The position numbers and the translations under genes were made by a program. 64,000 bases of DNA from Patescibacteria group bacterium (lineage in GTDB: Bacteria > Patescibacteriota > Patescibacteriia > UBA9570), in assembly GCA_041660305.1 (NCBI GenBank), contig JBAZWO010000001.1:354268-418267 (forward strand), written 5' to 3'. Shown one piece after another: positions 1-11,800 of the stretch (position 1 is the stretch's first letter; every line of letters starts with the position of its first letter). The notes beneath the pieces are model-generated. The model saw nothing but the letters and a program-made list of their open reading frames with translations, was not told the DNA's origin and made no database searches.

Positions 1-612
1 CTGATAATACAGCTTAATTAGCTCTTCGGTAGATAATTGAGTAATTTGCAAACCAATGGACGACAAGCCACCTACTACCGTATTAATGCGATAATCTAAT
101 TCTTTGCGATATTTAATAAATTTTTGCTCGGCTAATTTAATTACTCGATTAGGCGCGATTACCTCTTCGGCACGCAGAAACCAATTTTTGCGGGCGGTAG
201 ATAAAGCTGAATACGGCACTACTACATAAAACGTTTTTTCCATAATATCCGATAAAGTAACTAATTCACCAATAAACTGTTTGTACTCCTCGGTTTGCAC
301 TTTTAATAACTCATTAGTTTGTTTTTTGGCTAAATCTTCTAATTGATCCAGATATTTAGTAATAACTAAGCGCCGTGATTGCATAACAATTTGCACTTCG
401 AAATCTAATGAGTTTAAAAAACCAATGTACCCCTGAATAATAGCTTGTTGTTCATCTTCACTTTTTAGCGCAAAATTAATGGACGATACCAGTAATACTG
501 CCCGTAAAGTACCATCTTTTAATACCACCGTATCTTGCTTAATTTCCGCAATAACTAAATGCTGTTGGGTAGAAGGTAAATGAGTGGTTTTCTTTGGTTT
601 AACGATGGCCAT
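1..612 (-). CDS. VirB4/TrbE-like T4SS ATPase, N-terminal 204 codons (gene runs off left edge)
   Basis: Not in the ORF track. My manual translation of the minus strand from ATG at 612-610 is open to position 1: MAIVKPKKTTHLPSTQQHLVIAEIKQDTVVLKDGTLRAVLLVSSINFALKSEDEQQAIIQGYIGFLNSL... The start overlaps the PrgI-like stop by 14 nt. This N-terminal pattern and the position directly after a PrgI/VirB3-like gene are typical of VirB4/PrgJ-type ATPases. The Walker motifs would lie outside the window. Confidence 0.55.
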   Translation of the reverse strand, partial: MAIVKPKKTTHLPSTQQHLVIAEIKQDTVVLKDGTLRAVLLVSSINFALKSEDEQQAIIQGYIGFLNSLDFEVQIVMQSRRLVITKYLDQLEDLAKKQTNELLKVQTEEYKQFIGELVTLSDIMEKTFYVVVPYSALSTARKNWFLRAEEVIAPNRVIKLAEQKFIKYRKELDYRINTVVGGLSSIGLQITQLSTEELIKLYYQ

Positions 613-1045
613 GGTAAACATGATTAATATCATTAGAAGCGTATTTACCTTCACTATCCACCATGAGTGATAACTCAGCCAAACGTGAGCTAGTTAATTC
701 TGGCTTAGCGGTTGTATCGGTATTATCACCTTTTTTCTGACGACCAGTTTTTTGTGTGTACTTCATGGTGACGTGTTGCCAAACTGATAAGCGCGGTTGT
801 TTTAATGTTTGTACAATGCTTAACAAAAACACATGAAATGGCTGACTGTTAATTTTTACGAACGCCAGTACAATGCCAAAACCAACCACTATAATACCCG
901 GTACAATAAACAGTGCTAAACTTAAAATCTCATACAATAAAAAAGCCAGCCCAGCTGACACTAATAAAATAATAAATTGCCGCACCGAAATGGGGCCAAT
1001 TACCTTGGATTCTACTTCAATAAATTGTGGAACAGCGAATTGCAT
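599..1045 (-). CDS. PrgI/VirB3-like small membrane protein
   Basis: 148 aa. The N-terminus MQFAVPQFIEVESKVIGPISVRQFIILL is followed by two hydrophobic helices, as in PrgI-family proteins of Gram-positive-type T4SS. It is translationally coupled to the VirB4-like gene. Confidence 0.6.
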   Translation of the reverse strand: MQFAVPQFIEVESKVIGPISVRQFIILLVSAGLAFLLYEILSLALFIVPGIIVVGFGIVLAFVKINSQPFHVFLLSIVQTLKQPRLSVWQHVTMKYTQKTGRQKKGDNTDTTAKPELTSSRLAELSLMVDSEGKYASNDINHVYHGHR

Positions 1046-1055
1046 AATTTATTCA

Positions 1056-1140
1056 GACCCTTTCCCCCTACCCCCCTTCCCTGCAAGGCAGGGGGGAATT
1101 AATTATTCCCTCCCCTGCAGGGGAGGGCTAGGGAGGGGTC
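1056..1140. repeat. GC-rich hairpin repeat locus R1
   Basis: Contains the perfect palindrome ccctcccctgcaggggaggg (1108-1127) and the hairpin ccctgc-aag-gcaggg. It fills the only sizeable gap in the T4SS-like block and is C/G-rich in an AT-rich context. Confidence 0.8.
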
Positions 1141-1142
1141 TA

Positions 1143-2921
1143 TTAAAACCTTATTTGTTTATTTAAATCAGAAATAGCGTTAAATTCTTCTAAGGTAAGT
1201 GTAGTCACGTTTTGCGCCTGTAAATTATTAATTACTTCCGTTACCGACTGGTTAGTGGTAATAGATTTATTGCCAATATCTAAATATTGACTATTAAGTG
1301 GTGATGCTTTAAAACCCTTAATGCCTTCGGTTTTTTTATCCAACGATTCTTCGCCTAATAAATCAATTTTATCTTTAATTTTTAATACGGCTGTAGCTGG
1401 ATTATTAGCTAAGCGCCGAAATTCTACCAAATCCATGGCCCGTAATTCATCTATTGGCCCCATCACCATGGATTGTTGAAATTTCACGTCGTCAATAATA
1501 GGCTTGCGTTGCCGTTTTGGCCGCCGTAATTTTGGTAAAAACGCCATTGGATTAGCGGCTAAATTAATCTTATCCAAATCGCCGACATTATTAACCAGAG
1601 ACGTAGGCTTATCCGTGCGCTTTATTTGAACTGCCGCAATAGTTTTAGAAATATCAGCGAACTTTGGCTTTAATACTTCAGTTTCCGTCATGGCCTTACT
1701 AGTTTGTTCGTGCTCACTCAACCATTTCTTTACCATTAACGTAACCTGGCTAATTTGTAAAATAGTTAAATTTAATTGCTCTAAATAAATATGCAAATCC
1801 TGTGGTTTGCGTAACCCACGTAAAGCTGATTCTACAATTTCATTAAACCGCTTGGCCTTGACCACATCCGTAAATACAATACTTAACTTTTGCTGAATAA
1901 GTTTCCCTGCTTTAGCATAATCAATAGCTCCAGTATTCCCCTTAACCGCCTGGGCATGTTGCGCTATTTCCGCAGCGTCTGAATCCGTAAAGTGATCGGG
2001 GCCAAATGATTTGGCCTTTGTAAGCACTGCTGCCGTGGCCACCGGAAAATCTACCGGTGGACGAGCTTGTAAAGCAGTAGGCTCCTTAATTAAATCTTGA
2101 AATGTTTTCACGCTTTGTTTAGCTTCATTAATTAATTCATCATCATAAAGTTTAATCTCTCCATATTGTAACACACCTGGCAATGATTTGTCGTCATCGC
2201 CTAGAGCCACTTCTTCTTCAATGCCTTCTGGTGTAGCCGATGAATGACGTAAATGTTCATAGACAGTAAATAATAATTTTAGGTGCTGTTTTTCTATATC
2301 AGTTAGACGTAAAAAATTTTCGTTTTTCTTATAAAATAAACTCTGCTGTTCTTGCGTCATTACTGAACCAACAAATTCAACATATTCACTAAACCATAAT
2401 TTAAGCGTTGGCTGTTCTTCTTTGATGGGATGATAAAATATGGCCGAGGTAATAACTTCTTCATTAGTTAATAAAGCGTCTACCAAACGCCTCTTTAAAA
2501 CATCTCGTTCTTTATATAAAGTAGGAAATTGATATTGATCGATAATATGTTGCGATAAATTTTCTACCAGCACAATTTTTTCCACCAAATCATCTTCCGG
2601 TAATTCATATTTCTTTTTAAAATTAAATAACACCTTTAAATACTGGTGCAGTAATACAACTACGTCTGCTGTAGAAATGGCTTGGATAGCCATCCACTGC
2701 CCCTCAATTATTAACTCATCCAGTTCTTTAGCTTGTTCAGAATTGGTTTGTCTGAACTCCGGATGAAGCGCAAACCATTCTTTAAAAAATTTTTGATATT
2801 CAAGAATACTTGACGTATCACCAAATACTGCATTATCACGCAATTTCTGCTTAAATCCAGCATACACTTCAGGCTTGGTAAGATCTATTTTAAGAAGGTT
2901 TTCTTTACGAAAATATGTCAT
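1143..2921 (-). CDS. hypothetical protein, 592 aa, no obvious TM segment
   Basis: Long ORF, 12 nt downstream of the 978-aa gene. I recognise no motif in it. Confidence 0.7.
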   Translation of the reverse strand: MTYFRKENLLKIDLTKPEVYAGFKQKLRDNAVFGDTSSILEYQKFFKEWFALHPEFRQTNSEQAKELDELIIEGQWMAIQAISTADVVVLLHQYLKVLFNFKKKYELPEDDLVEKIVLVENLSQHIIDQYQFPTLYKERDVLKRRLVDALLTNEEVITSAIFYHPIKEEQPTLKLWFSEYVEFVGSVMTQEQQSLFYKKNENFLRLTDIEKQHLKLLFTVYEHLRHSSATPEGIEEEVALGDDDKSLPGVLQYGEIKLYDDELINEAKQSVKTFQDLIKEPTALQARPPVDFPVATAAVLTKAKSFGPDHFTDSDAAEIAQHAQAVKGNTGAIDYAKAGKLIQQKLSIVFTDVVKAKRFNEIVESALRGLRKPQDLHIYLEQLNLTILQISQVTLMVKKWLSEHEQTSKAMTETEVLKPKFADISKTIAAVQIKRTDKPTSLVNNVGDLDKINLAANPMAFLPKLRRPKRQRKPIIDDVKFQQSMVMGPIDELRAMDLVEFRRLANNPATAVLKIKDKIDLLGEESLDKKTEGIKGFKASPLNSQYLDIGNKSITTNQSVTEVINNLQAQNVTTLTLEEFNAISDLNKQIRF

Positions 2922-2933
2922 ATTTTATCATAA

Positions 2934-5870
2934 TTAATGGTGACCTAAAAGTTCACGCGCATCAGCTACAATAACATCTGGATTATATCCTCTCCCTCCA
3001 CCTTGTACTACCTTACGTAGGGTATTAAAATTGCGCATAGCCATACGGTACTCTCTTTCTCGGCCTATATATTGTGATTTGATTAATTTTACAAATTGTT
3101 GCTCAATTTCTTTTCTACTAAAAATGTTTTCCGCTGCATTAGTATTAAATAAGTTTTTTTGAATCAAATCACCGAATTGATGCATATTTTTAGCAATTAA
3201 AGTAGCTACCCCACCATCTAATTGATAATTACCACCTGGACCATACGAACCATAACCTAAACGATTAGCATTTCTGGCTATATTATTAGCGCCAACCTTA
3301 CTGGCTTCCCCATATCTACGAGTTTCACGTTCTTCATCACTACGCCACACTAATTCACCACCGACCGATTTTACCGCTTCAGCATACGCCCAGTGGTTAT
3401 TGCGTTTGGCATTCATGGAAACATTATTCATCACCGACATAGTTAATTCTTTATCAAGATGCAAATTCTTTTCCATCATGCTTTGAATGGCTTTTAAGCC
3501 TCGGCTATCAGCCGTAATACGATGTTTATCTTGATCTTCCTTACTCATATTAGAAAATTCTTCATCATCTAAAATTCTAACATTGCCGTGTCCATCATCC
3601 GCAAACCCTTTATGAGAAAAAGCATTCATAATTTCATTAGCATGCCCTACTTTAGCCATATGATCCATGGTAGCTAAAGCACCCATACCATCATTACCAG
3701 TAATTTGACTGCGCAATAAATCAATCAAAAAATCTTCATTATCATTACCTTGAATGCCTTTGGTTCGTTCACCAATAATATGATGTTCTTCATCAATGGC
3801 TTCATCATCAAGGGCTGGTGTTACTTTAGCTAATTTTTTACGCATATCTTCTAATACCGCTATCTCTTTATCTAATTCATTTTTCTGCACTCGAGTTTCA
3901 AGTTCAATAGCTTGTTGTAAATTACCAGTATTAATGTTTACCGGTTTACCATCTTTATCTGGTGTAGTAGTAATAGCATCACGAAGACGGGCTCTTTCAT
4001 CCTCAAATTGCTTATCACCGGCCTCTATGAAGCCGCCGTGTCCAGTAATATTAGCCGCTAACTCCGCAGACAGAGTAGCCTTTGTGTCCATTTCGCCAGT
4101 TTTGGTTGTTGGAGTTAATAATCTATCAATCTCAGCTAATTCACTTTTAATGTTTCTGATTTTATCTGCATCACCGGCCTCAAACTGTTCTTTATTTGTA
4201 ATTTTTTCTAATTCTTCTTCTTGTTTTTCTTTATGTTGTTCTAATAAGCCAGTGTTCATTGCATCACTCATATCCCAGTTTTTACCTGCTTGCCAATCAG
4301 GGTTTGCCTTGCGGCTATCCCACTCCGCTTGTTGGTTTTTTAGATCTTGTTCTTCCTCTATCTTTTGCTCGGCCGTCATTACTTGATTACCCTTTTGTTC
4401 TTTCGCTTTTGTATACTTTGTTTGTAAATCAGCAACTTTATCAAATTGATGTTCTGTATCATGAACAGTTTTATCATGAACACCTCTAAAGCTTTCTAAA
4501 CGTTTTTTCACCATACCAGACAAGCCAGAACGACCAAAACCAGGCAAATGATGTTCGTACGTATAACCAAGCGCACCAAACGCACCTAATAACTTGCCTT
4601 GTTTAGCACGTTTAGAAGCCTTGCTATAACCTTCGCTAAACTTAGTTTCTTTAATACGCTTACGCCGGGCTTGCATTTTCTCCCATTGTCGTGACATATT
4701 AACATCTACCCCCGTTTTATTTTGCAACCAATCTACTCCAGCATTAGTAGGCACTCTTGCACCTTTCCAAGCCAAAGCTAATAGGCCACCAAACGCTATC
4801 ATTTTACCAAAATTTAACGCCTTACCAACGGCGCTGCCAATTTCGGAAGAGCTGTCTTGCGCTATTTTTAGGCCGGCTAGAAGCATCATGGTGGAAATTA
4901 AGAACCCGGCAATCATGGAAGGCTGCATAGCATTAGCTAACGCTGTATTACTTTCAAAATTTTCTGCCATATCAGTACTTAACAATTCACTTTGTTGCTC
5001 TAAACTGGCAGTTTTGGCAGCCACAAACAGTGATAACCATAAGAAAAATACAATTAACGGCCCTACCGTTACATAACGGCTAAACATATCCCACCACTGT
5101 TTATAGTATTTCTCCGTAGCCGGCAAAATCATACAAGTGAAAGCTATTGGAGACAAAATAGTTAAAAACCAAATAAACACCAGCCGCGCTATTAACACTA
5201 CTAAATACACAGCTTGCACAAACACTAACACACATAACATTAACCCGGCGGCGGCTAATCCCAAAAAACCCTGTTTATCACTAAATTGATTAGCCACAGA
5301 ATCTATAGCGTTTGGATCAGCCACACTATCTCTTAATGATAAAATTTTATATAAACCAAATGCCTGCACAAAACCAACGTCCGCCGCATCTTTTATAGCA
5401 TTAGCAAAGGTTAATTGCACCACTTGAGCCGCATCTACAATTGCCCCACAAATAGCTTGCGAGTAATTTACCAACACCGCGGCTAAAATCATTTTCGGTA
5501 ATAATTTTTTCCAGGAATACGCTTCTATCTTAAATAATGTACCAAAAGCGATTACCAACATAATAACAATAAAAAACATATTGGAAATATCACGCAATAC
5601 ACCCCAACTCTCTCTAACAACAGTTAGCGTAGTAAAGCCAGTTAACATAGCCGCCCACACCACTAATTTACTCATGGTACTGGCCAAAACACCCATCAAC
5701 CAAATGAATGGCCAATAAATTAACCACGACAAAATTTTTAGTAGTACTGTTCCAGCCACACTAGTTATGGCAAACGCCTGCGCTGAATGCCATGGCATGA
5801 ACACCAACCCAAACACACTTAAACCAACTAGACTGTATTTTTTAATTTTTTTTATCACGTTACTTATCAT
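2934..5870 (-). CDS. polytopic membrane protein (VirB6/TrbL/PrgH-like by topology) with a long charged coiled-coil C-terminal half
   Basis: 978 aa. The first roughly 370 aa hold many hydrophobic helices (approx DNA 4745-5870), followed by a K/E/Q-rich region. Its position upstream of PrgI/VirB4-like genes mirrors prgH-prgI-prgJ order. The function call rests on context and topology only. Confidence 0.7.
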   Translation of the reverse strand: MISNVIKKIKKYSLVGLSVFGLVFMPWHSAQAFAITSVAGTVLLKILSWLIYWPFIWLMGVLASTMSKLVVWAAMLTGFTTLTVVRESWGVLRDISNMFFIVIMLVIAFGTLFKIEAYSWKKLLPKMILAAVLVNYSQAICGAIVDAAQVVQLTFANAIKDAADVGFVQAFGLYKILSLRDSVADPNAIDSVANQFSDKQGFLGLAAAGLMLCVLVFVQAVYLVVLIARLVFIWFLTILSPIAFTCMILPATEKYYKQWWDMFSRYVTVGPLIVFFLWLSLFVAAKTASLEQQSELLSTDMAENFESNTALANAMQPSMIAGFLISTMMLLAGLKIAQDSSSEIGSAVGKALNFGKMIAFGGLLALAWKGARVPTNAGVDWLQNKTGVDVNMSRQWEKMQARRKRIKETKFSEGYSKASKRAKQGKLLGAFGALGYTYEHHLPGFGRSGLSGMVKKRLESFRGVHDKTVHDTEHQFDKVADLQTKYTKAKEQKGNQVMTAEQKIEEEQDLKNQQAEWDSRKANPDWQAGKNWDMSDAMNTGLLEQHKEKQEEELEKITNKEQFEAGDADKIRNIKSELAEIDRLLTPTTKTGEMDTKATLSAELAANITGHGGFIEAGDKQFEDERARLRDAITTTPDKDGKPVNINTGNLQQAIELETRVQKNELDKEIAVLEDMRKKLAKVTPALDDEAIDEEHHIIGERTKGIQGNDNEDFLIDLLRSQITGNDGMGALATMDHMAKVGHANEIMNAFSHKGFADDGHGNVRILDDEEFSNMSKEDQDKHRITADSRGLKAIQSMMEKNLHLDKELTMSVMNNVSMNAKRNNHWAYAEAVKSVGGELVWRSDEERETRRYGEASKVGANNIARNANRLGYGSYGPGGNYQLDGGVATLIAKNMHQFGDLIQKNLFNTNAAENIFSRKEIEQQFVKLIKSQYIGREREYRMAMRNFNTLRKVVQGGGRGYNPDVIVADARELLGHH

Positions 5871-5882
5871 AGCACATTATGC

Positions 5883-8800
5883 TTAGTTTATCTTTTTATC
5901 TACCCAAACCGTAACCGGCATAATAGTTTCAGAGCCACATTGCTCGAAAACATCTCCGTCTATACTGGAATCATAGCGATTTACACCAGAAGATTTTTTA
6001 CTATTATCGGTACCGGAGCACCAATTCCAATTATCCACGGCCACTACCTTAATGATATATTCGCAATGAGATCCTAGCGTGTTTGCTTTACACTCATACA
6101 CATGAGTGAAAGGAAAGGTAGCGGATCGGCCTTCCCAAGGAAATGTTACCGAATCGGTTTTATCGCCATAATCCACATACACAAATGGGATTGGTTCTTG
6201 GTTAACATCGGCCTGCACATCAAACGAAAATTTCACGTTTGTACCGGTAGGAAATTGGTAATATTTGCCGTCTGCCGTAGTATTTAACTCCAATTTTATA
6301 TTATCTACTACCGGCTTCACGCCACAATATTCATTTTCCACCGGCCGGCTACCATCGTCCGTATCGCAAACCGACATGGCATCAAACACGTTATTACCAT
6401 TTTCTAAATCAACCCAGTAATTATCACCGGCGTTAAGATAAATATTACCTGTTTCTGAATATTGGTCTTCGGCCACCGGATCCAGCCGATAAAAATCGCC
6501 TATTACATCGGCAAACACGCGCCGCAAATAACCTACGGCCACATTAGCTGAAGCCGCCACGGCCTGTTGATAAGAATTAATCAGGTGATTATTGTTGGCG
6601 TACATGCCTTTATTACCAATAATATTGGAAGTGGCTGAATTAGTAACGCCCATGCATTTTCCAACAAAGGTTTTACCATTTTTTTCGCTTTTGCATTCGT
6701 CATCTATAATACAAGGAGTATTATATCTCATTGGATTGCCTACACACCACTGCTGTGAGCACGTGCCAATGCAGGAAATAGGCTGACCGGCGGTAGCGAT
6801 TTTGCTGTTTTCAGTGCCGGTAGCAATGTTGTACGAAATCGGCGGCTGGTTACCGTAGGTATTATATTGGTAAACATTGCTAGTGGTAGTATTAGTAGTG
6901 GTGTTTTTCTCTACGGTTTCAAATGTATCCCAAGTATCCGGCGTGCCCTCCAGCGGCGCCACGGAACCGAACGGCTTGTACGATGTTTTTAAGGTATCAG
7001 CCATGGTACCATCTGAACCGGCAAAAATATTATACGGGTCTGTGCCGGATAAACGATTGCTCCAAGCATGATGTGTGCCATCGTTGCCTACAGTATTGGC
7101 CAATAAAGCACAGGATTCACGCAAGTAGAAATTTATGTACATAGGCGCGTCATAAGTTAAAGTAATACCGGCCACTCCATCACTGGTTTTTTCAGCGGCA
7201 TAATAGAAAAAGGGATAAATTTTTTCTACATAGCCATTATCATTAAAATCAATGTACAAGCTAAAAACATTGCCGACATCCTTGTTTTCTAAATCATCTT
7301 TCATTTGTGTCCAACCAGGCCAAGTGGTATCTAACTCAATATAAGAAAAATCATCCCATATATTTCTATTTTGATCAATTGAGCCGCCCTTGATGCCACC
7401 ATACAACTCTCCACTATCAAATACTGTACCCATGTGCTTCCAAGGATTATTATCTTCTGCACAGTCGCCTACTCCCATAATGCATTTAACCGCGTTGTCT
7501 ACGCATGAAGATGTAAGCCAGGAGCCAGCGCTTCCCTCCGCTCTTAAAATCTCCCAATATAATTCCGCACTCGCGTTAGCGTCAGAGCCAGCGCTTTTTT
7601 TGCAACCAGCAACATTGGTATTAAAATTACTGTATGCCCAAGTATACACTAAATCGTAGCCGTTTGGCGTACTGGTTTTATTGTTGGGATTATATTGCTG
7701 TTTATAATAATCATAATTAGTGGTTATGCCTTTATTATTATCAAACGCTCCCCAAACGCCGCAGCCAATGCCATACGGGCTGCTGGATCCGGCGGCATCA
7801 TACGCATAACAGTATTGGTTTAATGGATCAACTTTACCGTCGGCATCATATTTAATAGCCCCATTATATAAATCCGTTAGCCAGATATTACCGGTAATAG
7901 TGTCCTGATCATTTTCTTCACGATCATATACTTCTAACGCGTGCCGATTATACCCCTCCGTGCTGTTTTTACCGCCGTCTAATTGCCCCCAATACGGAAA
8001 TTCGTTTTGCGCTCCAGTGCCATCCCCAGCTGAACCGGGATTAAACTCGATGGTTTCTATTTCGCTAACATGAATATTTTTTAATAATGGGTTAGCTATA
8101 ATAGCCGCTATATTGCCTTGATATAAATTATCTGCCTCATTAGGCATATCCCATTCTGCTACTCGGCTGTGATAAGCGCCACTAAATTTTTGTTTTTCTG
8201 AATCACTAGTTCCAGCGGCTAAACTATCAAACTTATACCAACCACCACCATTAATATCATTATTATTATAATCATTAACACTTAAGTGTTCACCGATAAA
8301 ACAAGTGTGGGCGCCAGACAACGGGTCAGGTGTCCCTAACAAAGCCATATTACAATCAGCGGTATCGGAACAGGCTACCCCCGTGCCAACAGCGCTACTG
8401 GCGCCATTTTTGGCGTCATTGCTTACACAAAACCCCGGTTTTTCATAACCTTTGGCCACCAAGCAATGATATACGTTCGACCGCGTAATTACACTGGTTG
8501 GCTCTTTCATTAACGAGGCTTCGCCGGCTATTACATCTAGCGGCCACCAAGTAAGACAGCGCTGTGTATTGGAAGGATCCAGCTCCAAACAATATCCTTG
8601 CCAGCCTCTATACTGATTACCATTAGCCGCTTGATAACTACATTGTTTCGCGTCGCTGTCTGGATACGCTCGGCACGATCGGGCAATTGGGCTTAAATCT
8701 CTATTTACTTCCAACACCGGCAACAGCGACACGTTATCCACGGCTATTTCCGTGCCATCCGAACCCAAGAATTGCAAACTGGTAATAATGCCTATTTCTT

Positions 8801-11800
8801 TATTCGCCAACACATACCCGCTGTTGTCTGCGCCAATTTTCTTCATATTGGTAAGCGTTAACGGCCCGAATGAATAATTTTTTAAATCGGTAGTTAATTG
8901 AAATTTTTCAGACTGATAGGCAACATTAGATGCTACGTCTGACACAATATCTGTATCATTTACCCAGTCGGTACTGGTAGTTCCATTAACAGTAAAAGTA
9001 TAAGTTTCACCGCCAGTAGCCGAAGCAATTCCAGCATAATAACCTGAAGAAAAAATGTTATTTTCTGTATCATTGCTAGCAACATCACTGGTAATTACAT
9101 AAACCGGCATGGGTACACTGGCTGCTGCCGTAATAGCATTAACTTCATTATTATCATCTCCTGGTAATTGCCCATCGTTTTGATCGGTCACTAGAATCAA
9201 GAAACGTGAAGCACCGTTACGAAAATTAATATGTTCCACTGAATCATCTGCTTGATAAAATTCATTATTAGCTGTTTCAATAATTGCTTCCCACGGATCT
9301 AATACACCATAACCAATACAGAAAGGGTAATCAGTCCAAACCCCATTGTTTTCTATGCATTTATCTGGCGTACTACCAGAAGTACTACAACAATTCAAAT
9401 TTTTAAACAAGGCTGTAATATCTGTTATATTATCCGTGGAATCTAATACCACATCTTGAATAGCGTCTTTATAACCAAGATAGTTTCCATCAGAATCATA
9501 AGAAGGTTCTAATCCTATGGAAACAAAAGAAAATTTAGCCGATACACCAGCATTGTCTAATTCTTTTACCAAAGCTGGGATGGCTTTATTAACAGCCATA
9601 ATTTCTTCAGTCATAGAGCTAGATGTATCAATCGCAAAGACAATATCAGCGCTACCATAGCCATTTACAAAACAATCTCTTAAACTATTCACTGCATCGC
9701 CGCTAGGCGTAGCCACATTGCTATAGTTAAAACACACCGACATAGCCGAAGGATTAGCATTATTATCCGCTATCGGCACATAATTATCGCTGGTGTACCG
9801 CCCGGCAAACGACAGCGCGTAAGTAGCTGACGGGTTAATCGTTTCATTTAAATCGTACTGCGCACCGCCGGAAAAAGCTTTGTTGGCCGTACCACCAGTG
9901 CTGGTGGTATAGCTGGTTAACGCCGGTGTAAAGGCTAATACGTTATTAGCATCAATCTCATCGCAATCATTTAAACAATCTAAAGATTTATCATATTGTT
10001 TTACTTTTACCAACGATTTGCCAATTCCGCTCCAGCCAGTTTTAGTAGTAGTGGTTTTACCGGCACGAAACGGCCAAGCTTCAAACGCGGCATTGTTCGG
10101 ACAATAATATGTAGCGTCAATATCGGCTGGATCCGCAGTATTATCTTCCGTGTATGACACTGGATCATTGCCTGGATCTTGATCTGTATATAAAACTCCT
10201 ATAGAATTTTCATAACACTGGCTGGTGGCATAATCTTCCTCATTAGTGGCGTTATGCAAACAAGCTCGTTTTGGATTAGCATCATCTCCCACGCAATACA
10301 AATCTTCAAACGTGCTGAATTCGATTAAATCTTTACTATTAGTGCCGTTATTAGCCACTTCGTACATCCAACCATAGGGATAATAACCCATTACACTAAA
10401 CGGCTCGTTACATTTAGCGGCCGGGTTGTTACTACCAGGATTCAAACAATTAATGTCTTCATTACAATACTTTCCGGGTAAATCTGAAGCGGTGTTGCAA
10501 CTGCGTTCTTGCGTCCAAATTAAACCGGCCTTGGTATAACCAGTTAAATTTTGCGCCGCCTGCAAACCATCGGTTTGCCCGGGATCGGACACAAAACCAA
10601 TATCCGCCGCGCTGTTTAGCTCTGTACTACTTGGTTTATCGGACCATTTTATACAATTGCCGTTGTCATCCATTTTGGTACAACCGCGAATATTCAAACA
10701 TTCGTTTTGCGTAGTGTCGTTGCTATCGGTATACACATAACCGGTTTCGCAAGCCAGCCATTCACTGCAAACCCGCTGATTTTTTACTTTTAATATGGTA
10801 TTAGTATCACAAGCATCCAACACTGTTCTACAGGTATCGCTCGTGGGCGTTAACATGCAAGTAGCACAGGCTAGCCCATCTTGCGCTTGAGTTTGCGTTT
10901 CCGTGGTAGCATCGCGAAACGCCACACAGCCAGCGCCGGCCGACACTTCGGTGCAAGTATTTACGCCGTTATTTTGTGCATGTTCCGCTGTGCCATCTAC
11001 CGTGTAATCTAAATAATAATAATGATCGTTTTGTTTTAAGCTAACATCGTCCACATACATTGGCGCCGTGCTATGATTAATCACAAACACTTTTATAGTT
11101 GTTATGGCTTTCCAAGTACCCTTATTGGTCGCGCAGTCATCGGCGTTAAAACTATTCGCTTTATCACAGCCATCGGTTGGCAACGTAACTGTGGAACCTA
11201 AACCAATATTGCCTTCCAAGCGATACCATTCTTCAGTTTGTTTAGTATTGCTTTCTTTAGGAATGGTAACGTGATCAGCCGTAACATAGGTTTGCGCAGT
11301 GCTTACATACAGTGGAACATCGGCGGCCCAATACATTAAACCAATGCTGAACTTGGCTGGATTATCTGTATCTAAACTAACATCATCAAATGAAGCCGCT
11401 GGCAGGCGCACTAACGCCTGCAGAGTATAAGAATTTTCTGCGCTTAATTTGGTAAGATCGCCATTATTAACAATGCCCGCGTTCATTAAATACAGCGCCG
11501 CCGCTCCAGTGCCGGCGTTAATGGCCTCGCCTGTATAATCGGCCGCCGTAGTCATTAGTACTTCGTAATCTTTAGCGGTGCAATTGCTATCACATTGTCC
11601 ATCGCCGTTTATATCTAATATCGCCGGTGAAATCCAGTTATCCGGGTAGCCGTTTGGCACATCTTCATCGCTGTACCAATCTCCCGTGCTATCATGCGTA
11701 TCATATTCAAAGCTGTAATTGCTTACCAGTTCCGCCTGATTCGGGCTATATGGATCCACATATTCCGTACAGCCGGATTGTTCATTCGGGCATTCGCCCG

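Noticed and set aside
873-1166. 97-aa plus-strand ORF
   Set aside because: It is antisense to the PrgI-like gene and its C-terminal half is a translation of repeat R1.
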